Origin: Candidatus Omnitrophota bacterium
GTDB lineage: Bacteria > Omnitrophota > Gorgyraeia > Zapsychrales > Fredricksoniimonadaceae
Assembly (NCBI GenBank): GCA_013286575.1
Contig: JABDFL010000004.1
Coordinates: 1 to 55,473, forward strand
Direction: 5' to 3'
DNA length: 55,473 nt
Part shown: positions 8,365 to 17,100 of the stretch, in pieces
How the letters are laid out: each line of letters opens with the position of its first letter
Numbering within the stretch: the stretch's first letter is position 1
Made by a program: the position numbers and the translations under genes
Notes under the pieces: generated by a model
The model's input: only the letters and a program-made list of their open reading frames with translations
What the model was told of the DNA's origin: nothing
The model's database searches: none

Positions 8365-11040
8365 ATGAGTGATGACGTAAATGTTAAAAAAAGTTCGGCA
8401 ATGGATGAAATTGAGCTCAAAGACTGGCTGGCTTCCCTCGATTATGTCCTGAACAGCGGCACACCTGACAGGGTACAGTATCTTCTTCAGCAGCTTCAAA
8501 TCCGGGCCCAGGAATCAGGCGTTACCCTTCCCTTTACGTATCATACCCCTTACATAAACACCATTTCCAAAGACAAGCAGCCCCCTTTTCCGGGCAACCG
8601 CGACTTGGAGCGCCGTATCAAATCCATTGTCCGCTGGAATGCCATGGCCATGGTGGTGCGGGCCAATAAACTGACCGATGGTGTCGGCGGGCATATTTCA
8701 ACCTATGCCTCCTCCGCCACCCTTTATGAAATCGGCTTTAACCACTTTTTCCGCGGGCGCACGGACACCAATAACGGGGATCTGGTTTATTTTCAAGGCC
8801 ATGCCTCACCCGGCATCTATGCCCGCGCCTTTGTGGAAGGCCGCTTAACAGAAACTAATTTGTGTAATTTTCGCCGGGAACTGGCTGAAGGCGGCGGCTT
8901 ATCATCCTATCCGCATCCTTGGCTGATGCCAAGCTTCTGGCAATTCCCGACTGTTTCCATGGGATTGGCCCCTATCATGGGTATTTATCAGGCCCGCTTT
9001 AACCGCTATCTGGAAGACCGCGGACTTAAACCCAAGGATGACAATAAAGTCTGGGTTTTCATGGGCGACGGGGAATCTGATGAACCTGAATCTTTGGGTG
9101 CTTTGACCATGGCTTCCCGTGAAAAATTGGATAATTTGATCTTTGTCATCAATTGTAATTTGCAGCGTTTGGACGGACCGGTGCGCGGCAACGGTAAGAT
9201 CATTCAGGAATTAGAAGCCCTGTTCCGTGGTGCCGGCTGGAATGTCGTTAAGGTCGTCTGGGGCAGTGAATGGGACCAGCTGCTTGAGAAAGATACCGAA
9301 GGCTTGTTGGCCCGCCGCATGGGTGAAGTGGTGGATGGTGAGTTCCAAAAATATTCGGTTTCTTCCGGAGCTTACATCCGTGAAAAGTTTTTTGGTACAG
9401 ATCCCCGCCTGCTGGAAATGGTGGCCCATTTATCGGATGAACAGATCGGCGACATGAAACGCGGCGGCCATGACCCTGAAAAAGTTTATGCCGGTTATAA
9501 AGCCGCTGTCGAATATAAAGGCGCTCCGACGGTGGTATTGGCCCATACCATCAAAGGCTACGGCTTGGGCGAATCCGGTGAGGGGAAGAATATTTCCCAT
9601 AATCAAAAAAAGCTTAATGACCAGGAGCTCAAAGAATTCCGCTCCCGCTTTAATATCCCCATCTCGGACGCGGAAGTGGCCAAAGCACCGTTTTACAAAC
9701 CTGCGGAAGATTCTCCGGAAATGCAGTATCTGCGTGAACGCCGGAAAGTCTTAGGCGGCGCTTTACCTCTGCGCCGCACAGAGACCACCCCCTTAAAAAC
9801 CCCTTCGGAAGAAATTTTCGAAGAATTTTATAAAGGCACTGAAGGCCGGGCCGTATCAACGACCATGGCTTATGTGCGCATTCTCTCTCAATTACTGAGG
9901 GATGAATCCATCGGTAAATTCATTGTCCCCATCATTCCGGATGAAGCGCGTACCTTTGGTATGGAAGGGCTTTTCCGTCAATGCGGTATTTATTCCCACG
10001 TCGGCCAGCTCTATGATCCCGTAGACTCAGACAGCCTGATGTATTACAAAGAAGCCAAGGACGGCCAGATTTTGGAAGAAGGCATTAATGAAGCAGGTTC
10101 CATCTCCTCTTTTATCGCGGCCGGTACCGCCGCCGCCACCCACAACATTAACACCATCCCCTTCTATACCTATTATTCCATGTTCGGCCCCCAGCGTGTC
10201 GGTGATCTGGTCTGGGCTGCGGGTGATTTGCGCTGTAAAGGGTTCTTAGTGGGTGCGACCTCGGGACGCACCACCTTAAACGGTGAAGGTTTGCAGCACC
10301 AGGACGGCCACACGCACCTGTTGACCTCCACCGTGCCTAATTTGATCTCCTATGATCCCGCCTTTGCTTATGAGATTGCGGTCATTATCCGCAACGGCAT
10401 TGAGCGCATGTATGAAAAACAGGAAAGTTTGTTTTATTATATTTCCGTCGGTAATGAAAATTACAGCATGCCTCCCATGCCTGCCGGCGTCAAGGAAGGC
10501 ATCATCAAAGGCCTGTATCGTTTTAGCCGGTCTGCCAAAGCATCTGAATTAAAAGCGCATCTATTGGGATCAGGCGCCATCATGAACCAGGTTTTAGAAG
10601 CCCAGAAAATCCTGGAAGAAAAATATAATGTGTCCACCGATGTGTGGTCCGTGCCAAGTTATAATGAATTGCGCCGCGAAGCCCTGCATGTGGAACGCGA
10701 TAATTTGCTCAACGGCAAAAAAACCAAGGTCCCTTACGTTACCCAGACGCTCCAGGCAGAAAAAGGCGTCTTTATATCTGCTTCCGATTATATGAAAGTC
10801 TTGGGCGATTCCATCCGTCAATGGGTGCCGGGCCCTTACACCGTTCTTGGTACCGATGGGTTCGGACGTTCGGAAAGCCGCCCGGCCTTGCGCGATTTCT
10901 TTGAAGTGGATGCTAAACATATCGTCTGGGCCACGCTGACAAGCCTAAATCAGCAAAAACAAATCGGGGATGATGTGTTATCTAAAGCTCAAAGTGAATT
11001 AAAGATTAACCCCAACAAATTAAATCCAATGATTTCATAA
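8365..11040 (+). CDS. aceE: pyruvate dehydrogenase E1 component, homodimeric type
   Basis: 891 aa, full-length match in architecture to AceE, with the ThDP-binding region VWVFMGDGESDEPESLGAL...NCNLQRLDG. It is followed by E2 and E3. Confidence 0.95.
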   Translation: MSDDVNVKKSSAMDEIELKDWLASLDYVLNSGTPDRVQYLLQQLQIRAQESGVTLPFTYHTPYINTISKDKQPPFPGNRDLERRIKSIVRWNAMAMVVRANKLTDGVGGHISTYASSATLYEIGFNHFFRGRTDTNNGDLVYFQGHASPGIYARAFVEGRLTETNLCNFRRELAEGGGLSSYPHPWLMPSFWQFPTVSMGLAPIMGIYQARFNRYLEDRGLKPKDDNKVWVFMGDGESDEPESLGALTMASREKLDNLIFVINCNLQRLDGPVRGNGKIIQELEALFRGAGWNVVKVVWGSEWDQLLEKDTEGLLARRMGEVVDGEFQKYSVSSGAYIREKFFGTDPRLLEMVAHLSDEQIGDMKRGGHDPEKVYAGYKAAVEYKGAPTVVLAHTIKGYGLGESGEGKNISHNQKKLNDQELKEFRSRFNIPISDAEVAKAPFYKPAEDSPEMQYLRERRKVLGGALPLRRTETTPLKTPSEEIFEEFYKGTEGRAVSTTMAYVRILSQLLRDESIGKFIVPIIPDEARTFGMEGLFRQCGIYSHVGQLYDPVDSDSLMYYKEAKDGQILEEGINEAGSISSFIAAGTAAATHNINTIPFYTYYSMFGPQRVGDLVWAAGDLRCKGFLVGATSGRTTLNGEGLQHQDGHTHLLTSTVPNLISYDPAFAYEIAVIIRNGIERMYEKQESLFYYISVGNENYSMPPMPAGVKEGIIKGLYRFSRSAKASELKAHLLGSGAIMNQVLEAQKILEEKYNVSTDVWSVPSYNELRREALHVERDNLLNGKKTKVPYVTQTLQAEKGVFISASDYMKVLGDSIRQWVPGPYTVLGTDGFGRSESRPALRDFFEVDAKHIVWATLTSLNQQKQIGDDVLSKAQSELKINPNKLNPMIS

Positions 11041-11050
11041 TAAGGATCTT

Positions 11051-12691
11051 ATGGCAGAATTGAAGCTTCCTGAATTAGGGGAAAACATCACCCAAGGCAC
11101 CGTCACTAAGATTTTAGTGAAAAGCGGCGATGCCATCAAAAAGGGACAAAATATCCTGGAGTTGGAAACGGACAAGGCTGTTTTAGAGGTCCCTTCCAGC
11201 GCCGACGGAATTATTGGTGAAATCCTGATCAAAAACGGCGCGGTTGTTAAGGTCGGGCAGGCGATATTTAAACTTCAAGGTTCTGCCGCAGAAACATCCA
11301 GTGCTCCTACGCCCCCTTCTTCCGGTGTCACTGCGAGCGAAGCAAAGCAGTCTGATAAAAAGATTGCTTCGTCGCCTTCGGCTCCTCGCAATGACACTGC
11401 GACTACTGCTGCCGTTGCTACCGGTGGTGTTTCTGAGATGAAACTCCCCGCCCTAGGTGAAAATATTGAAAAAGGTACGGTCACTAAAATTTTAGTGAAG
11501 GTTGGCGATACCCTTAAAAAGGGACAGAATATTTTAGAGATTGAAACTGATAAAGCGGTGCTGGAAGTCCCTTCGGACTCCAGTGGTGTCATCAAAGAAG
11601 TTTTAATTAAGGCAGGAGCGGTCATCAAGGTAGGCCAGCCGATCTTCAAAATTGAAGACGGTGCCGTTGCTGCCGCTGCAAGCACCGCTCCGGCAAGCCC
11701 GGCTGCAGCACCCGCTTCAGCCAAAGCTGCCCCTGCTGAGCCTGCGGCAAAGGCTTCTGAGACTATAACAAGTGTTACAACAGCCCCTTTGCCGGTAAGA
11801 AAAGACATTCCGGCCGCGCCTTCGGTGCGTTTATTGGCACGGGAATTAGGTATTGATATCGGCCAAGTCCCCGGCTCAGGCAAGGGCGGGCGCATTTCCG
11901 TTGAAGACGTAAAAGCCTATTGCAAAATGCTGAATACTTCACGCCCCGGCGGCGGTGTAACAAGTGTTACAGCCCAGCCTTTGCCTAATTTTGCCAAATG
12001 GGGCAATGTTCGCCGTGAGGCCATGAGCAATGTACGCCGGAAAACCGCGGAACATCTCTCCAATGCCTGGACCAGCATCCCTCATGTCACCCAATTTGAT
12101 AAAGTCGACATCACGGAACTGGAAAAATTACGCAAAAGTATCTCCGGAACCAATAAGAAGATTTCTGTGACACCCTTTATTATCAAGGTAGTGGCGGCGG
12201 CCCTGAAGAAATTCCCCCAATTTAATGCCAGTATTGATATGGCAACCCAGGAAATTATTTTTAAGGATTATATCAATATCGGTGTGGCTGTTGACACTGA
12301 CCGCGGATTACTGGTGCCGGTATTAAAGAATGTGGACAAAATGTCTATCCTGCAGATCTCCGATGAACTGACTGCCATGGCGGAACGCGCACGTTTGAAG
12401 AAAACCACCATCGAAGAGATGCAGGGCGGATGCTTTACGATCTCAAATTTAGGCGGTATCGGCGGGACCTGTTTTACGCCCATCGTTAATTGGCCGGAAG
12501 TGGCTATTTTGGGCGTATCGCGGGGGGCCATGGAACAAGTCTATACCGACGGGCAATTCATGCCCAGGCTCATGCTGCCCTTGTCTTTGTCCTATGACCA
12601 CCGCATGATCGACGGTGCCGATGGCGCCCGCTTTATCCGCTGGGTGTGCGAAGCCATCCAACAGCCGTTTTTACTGGATTTGAATAAATGA
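11051..12691 (+). CDS. aceF: dihydrolipoamide acetyltransferase E2 with two lipoyl domains
   Basis: Two lipoyl domains (ILELETDKAVLEVPS and ILEIETDKAVLEVPS), an E3-binding domain (PSVRLLARELGIDIGQVPGSGKGGRISVEDV) and a catalytic core ending in SLSYDHRMIDGADGARF. Confidence 0.95.
   Translation: MAELKLPELGENITQGTVTKILVKSGDAIKKGQNILELETDKAVLEVPSSADGIIGEILIKNGAVVKVGQAIFKLQGSAAETSSAPTPPSSGVTASEAKQSDKKIASSPSAPRNDTATTAAVATGGVSEMKLPALGENIEKGTVTKILVKVGDTLKKGQNILEIETDKAVLEVPSDSSGVIKEVLIKAGAVIKVGQPIFKIEDGAVAAAASTAPASPAAAPASAKAAPAEPAAKASETITSVTTAPLPVRKDIPAAPSVRLLARELGIDIGQVPGSGKGGRISVEDVKAYCKMLNTSRPGGGVTSVTAQPLPNFAKWGNVRREAMSNVRRKTAEHLSNAWTSIPHVTQFDKVDITELEKLRKSISGTNKKISVTPFIIKVVAAALKKFPQFNASIDMATQEIIFKDYINIGVAVDTDRGLLVPVLKNVDKMSILQISDELTAMAERARLKKTTIEEMQGGCFTISNLGGIGGTCFTPIVNWPEVAILGVSRGAMEQVYTDGQFMPRLMLPLSLSYDHRMIDGADGARFIRWVCEAIQQPFLLDLNK
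11327..11398. repeat. family-1 mini-repeat: inverted pair of arms forming a ~72-bp palindrome inside the aceF inter-domain linker
   Basis: The left arm is gtcactgcgagcgaagcaaagcagtct. The right arm is agattgcttcgtcgccttcggctcctcgcaatgacac. The left arm is the reverse complement of a shortened right arm. Confidence 0.7.
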
Positions 12692-14103
12692 GCTCTTCGA
12701 TTCAATTAGTCGTGATCGGCGCCGGTCCCGGTGGTTATGCTGCGGCTTTTTTAGCGGCAGACTTAGGCATGGAAGTGGCCATCGTCGAAAAAGAAATCAA
12801 CCCCGGCGGCGTTTGCCTCTACCGCGGCTGCATCCCTTCCAAAGCGCTTTTGCATACAGCCAAAATCATCAGTGAAGCCAAACATGCCAAAGCCTTTGGC
12901 ATTGAATATAACGACCCTAAAATAGATATTAATAAACTGCGGGACTGGAAAAAATCGGTGGTCAGCAAATTGACCGGCGGTTTGGGCCAATTGGCCCGTG
13001 CGCGTAAAATTAAATATTTTCAGGGAGAAGCCGCTTTCGTCAACTCCAATACCCTGAAAATCAAAAAGACTGACGGTTCCACCGAAGAATTATCATTCCA
13101 GAAAGCTATTTTAGCGACGGGTTCACGCCCGTCAGTCATCCCTAATTTACCTAAATCTCCTGATATCTGGGATTCCACAGGAGCCCTGGAATTAGAGAAT
13201 ATTCCTGGAAATTTATTGGTGGTCGGCGGCGGTTATATCGGCATGGAATTAGGCACCGTCTATCATGAATTGGGCTCCAAGGTTTCGGTCGTTGAAATGA
13301 CCCCGGGACTTTTGCCTGGCGCTGACCGTGATTTGGCAGACATTCTTTACAAGCGTGTTAAAGGCTTGTTTGCCAAGATCATGCTCGAGACCAAGGTCGT
13401 TAAAATGGAGGCTTCCGCGAAAGGCGGCATCACCGTGACCTTTGCTGACAAAGAAGGAAAAGAATTTAAAGAAGATTACAATAAAGTCCTGGTTTCTATA
13501 GGCCGTCGTCCCAATTCAGAAAATCTTGGCCTGGAAAACACCAAGGTCAAGGTCACTCCCCGCGGCTTTGTTGAAGTCAACGATCAACGCCAAACCGCAG
13601 ACCCAAGTATTTATGCCATCGGTGATATCGCCGGTGACCCTATGCTGGCCCATAAAGCCTCACACGAAGGCCGAGTGGCCGTAGAGACAATTGCCGGGCA
13701 CAAGGTGGCTTGGGAGCCGCAGGCCATCCCAGCGGTGGTTTTTACCGACCCTGAAATCGCCTGGTGCGGAATGACTGAAATCGATGCTGCCAAGGCCGGA
13801 CGTGAAGTAACGGTTGTTAAATTCCCGTGGGCCGCCTCAGGCCGTGCCTTGACCCTTGACCGCACTGATGGATTGACCAAACTTCTCATTGATCCTAAAA
13901 CCGAACGTGTTCTGGGTGTGGGAATTGTCGGGGTTGGGGCCGGAGAAATGATCGCTGAAGGGGTGGTGGCCATTGAAATGGGCGCCGTTGCCAAGGATTT
14001 AGCACTTTCCATCCATCCTCACCCGACGCTGTCAGAAACCATCATGGAAGCTGCCGAAAGCTTCTTCGGCCAGAGCACGCATATCTACAAGCCTAAGAAG
14101 TAG
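12688..14103 (+). CDS. lpdA: dihydrolipoyl dehydrogenase E3
   Basis: 471 aa with the FAD motif VVIGAGPGGYAAAF, the redox disulfide GGVCLYRGCIPSK and a C-terminal HPHPTLSE. Its start forms an ATGA overlap with the aceF stop. Confidence 0.95.
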   Translation: MSSSIQLVVIGAGPGGYAAAFLAADLGMEVAIVEKEINPGGVCLYRGCIPSKALLHTAKIISEAKHAKAFGIEYNDPKIDINKLRDWKKSVVSKLTGGLGQLARARKIKYFQGEAAFVNSNTLKIKKTDGSTEELSFQKAILATGSRPSVIPNLPKSPDIWDSTGALELENIPGNLLVVGGGYIGMELGTVYHELGSKVSVVEMTPGLLPGADRDLADILYKRVKGLFAKIMLETKVVKMEASAKGGITVTFADKEGKEFKEDYNKVLVSIGRRPNSENLGLENTKVKVTPRGFVEVNDQRQTADPSIYAIGDIAGDPMLAHKASHEGRVAVETIAGHKVAWEPQAIPAVVFTDPEIAWCGMTEIDAAKAGREVTVVKFPWAASGRALTLDRTDGLTKLLIDPKTERVLGVGIVGVGAGEMIAEGVVAIEMGAVAKDLALSIHPHPTLSETIMEAAESFFGQSTHIYKPKK

Positions 14104-17100
14104 CCCCCAAGAATTTCCTCAAATTTAACATCGGCTCAATACTGATAATCACCGGGACAAAACCGGGGGCGTTTTGCAATTCCTGGAGCTGTGCCGGATC
14201 AATATGAAATTTAATCCCCTGGCCGTTGTTTTGGACAGTTAAAGCTTTGTCAGAAGTCAAATCAATCCCACCTTTATCCTCTACCTTCATCGCTACATCA
14301 GCCGGCTGCAGGTCTTTCTTTGAAAAAATATACATCTGTTTTAGACGCCCGGCTCTTAAATAATTCAAAGGAATGGAAGTATTTATTGTAGTAAACCCTC
14401 TTTCTTCAAATATTCTTGCAGACAGATGGACTTCTGAAAATCCTGTGATTAGCAACTTACCACCATCATTTAGAAAATCATGCACTTCTGATACTAAAGC
14501 CAATGCCTGCTCTCTGGAAGCCACTTCAAAATTAAAGCCCCCACCAATTGAGGTAATAATATCCATTTTAGGAACGTTATCTTCGCTGGAAAAAAGGCTT
14601 TCTCCCTCAAGTAAATTCTTTGGAATAATCTGAATGTACATCGAAAGCCTCTCTTTGAAATCCTTTCGAACAGCATCTAAAACATTTAAATTTTGTTCAT
14701 TGCCTTCTGCCAGCCAATAGTGCATACGGGGCATATCCCTGCCTTGAAAATGTCGCACTAAAGCCTGATGAAATTTCTCTATAAAAGACCCATCACCGGC
14801 AAAAATATCCATCATATTTATGTCTTTTTGTCCTTTTGCTGCCATTTCATCTACCAACGAAACAACTGCACTTATCGCCATTGGATGAATGAACTCATTA
14901 TAAGCTTGCTTGGGTCGGGTATTTCGGACGGACCAGTCATACCAATAAGACAAAGGCATTGAGCGGGGCGCAGATAAGAAAGTTTCATCTTCAAATTCAT
15001 TGCCTTTCAGGAGTTTAAGGATATCGTAAAGCCAAACTTCTTCTTCAAGATTAAGAGGAACATACCTCTGTAAATCGGTGTCATACCATACATCCCGTCT
15101 ATCCCCCCTAAATGCAGTACCTTCCATGGGATTGGATATTATCTCCTTTGATATCCTTACATCCTGTAATACCCGTATATCTGCCTGATCAAGCCCTACA
15201 GGCAGGGCATTAATTCTGATTCTCATATCAGGATATTGTGAACGCACCTTTAATAGCGGAGAAGGAAGTTCTCTATTGAGAGGATTCCGGGCAATACTTT
15301 CATTGATTTGCCTGACTTTTCCAGCAATGGCCTTAACACGGGCCCTATCATCCATTTCCGGATGAGGGTTGAACACTCCATTTACAAATGCCCCTTTAAT
15401 AATTGGACTCATCGCCGCATCCCGGATTGGCTTCTTTTGTACTGCTCCTGAATCAATGACGACCATTTCTCCATTAGGCAACATGCCTAAATTGCCACTG
15501 TCATAATTTCTATAACTAACATCAATTAATACATAGCCCTGTGCTTCTAGTTTAGCATTGAGACGCCGAACGCCCGCATTTGTAATACCAGCCGTAATCA
15601 CTTTAGGTAGTCGTTCAACTGTCCAACCGCCAATTTTCTTAGAAACGGTAGGCTGAAGGACTCCATCAATATCAGGCCTGGGAGTTTGGTCTTTATTAAA
15701 ACGAATGACATCACCTTCCGGTGTTTCAAGCACTAATGCTTGAGTGCCTGCGCCTAATCCTTTAGTTCCCAAAGGAATTTCAGCTAAAAGATCATTCGCA
15801 TACCGGCTCTTTAAAATATCTTGTGCCCGGGGCTCAGGAACTTCCATCGCCTCACCATTTCTTACTACGTTACTTTTTCTTTTTAAACCTGATAATAGAT
15901 TTCTTCCATACTCAATTCTTTGGCCTTGTAAATCTAATTGGATGGCCTGATCGGGAGCGTCTGCTTCCAATCTTCTTATTAAAGATGTGATCCTCTGTCG
16001 TTTTGACAAATCGTCTTTTAAATCTTCGTCTTGTGCTAATGCCTTCTTCAGGAATTGAATTAATGTCACACGCATATTCTTTTGTGTTTTCACAAGCGCC
16101 TGCCGTTTAGAACCAGGATCTTTAAAATGCGCAAACTCCCTTTCAAACTCATTAAGGTCCAAATGTTCACAAAAATTGATTAAACGGGCCAGCTTTTCAA
16201 TATCAAATCGGCCATTGAAATGCCTTAAGAATGTGCCTACGGGGTACTGGTAAAAATAATCCGTGCTGAAAGTTTTATCAAAAGATGTCAGCAAATCAAA
16301 TGCGACAAGATGTGCCTTGCCATTCACGGAGAATATTTCGTAATTATGATGCTTACGAAAATCAATGTCCGTATGTTGCATTAAATAGGAAAAAGCCACT
16401 AACTCTTCAAGTCCATAATGTTCTGAGGAAATGGTTTCGGCATATTCTTCAATAGGCTGTATGACCAGAAAAAGTAAACCCGAAGGACTTTTGAAACCAA
16501 ATTTTTTCTCCAGCGGTACAGCTTCAACGCCTTTTATTAACCTTGTATCCGGAACATAGACACCAATTTTGCGGGCAATACTATAAGATAAATTTTCATT
16601 AGCTGTATTATCTGTATTGTCATACGCTTTAACGTAATACTCTTCTCCTTCCGGGCCATTAAGCCTATACACTCTCCTGTCTTTGCTAATAAGTCTGGAT
16701 TTCTCAAAGAAATCTGAACTTAATTTATCAATATCAAATTTAGGCGCGGCATTCGTCGCCGCATCATTTCTCGCCCGTATTTTCCTTAAGATCACTCCTT
16801 CATGTAACATTGTCAGAAGATCGTATCTATGATCTTCAAAACTCACAGGGCCCTTATTTAAAAAAACCCTTCCTGCGATTCCAGTATTGATCATTACCTT
16901 TATTGTTTCAATGTCTCTGTCATCGGCATAGATAATGATCGACTTACCAGGATGCGATTTCCAATAGATAGCCAATGCTTTTTCCAATCTCTGCAAAGCC
17001 TTTGGCTGCAAATGCAGCATCGGCACTGAAAATGCTTTTGCACCTGCGTATTTTGCAAACACTCTCCTATTAACAGCATTGTTGGACTGACTCATCAGGT

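Noticed and set aside
8311-8499. 62-aa minus-strand ORF
   Set aside because: It overlaps the 3' end of tRNA-Leu and the start of aceE on the opposite strand, with no supporting signal.
11275-11895. 206-aa ORF on the minus strand
   Set aside because: It lies entirely antisense to aceF across the Ala/Pro-rich linkers and second lipoyl domain. Its Ala/Gly-rich translation mirrors the linker. It is a shadow ORF of a securely identified gene.
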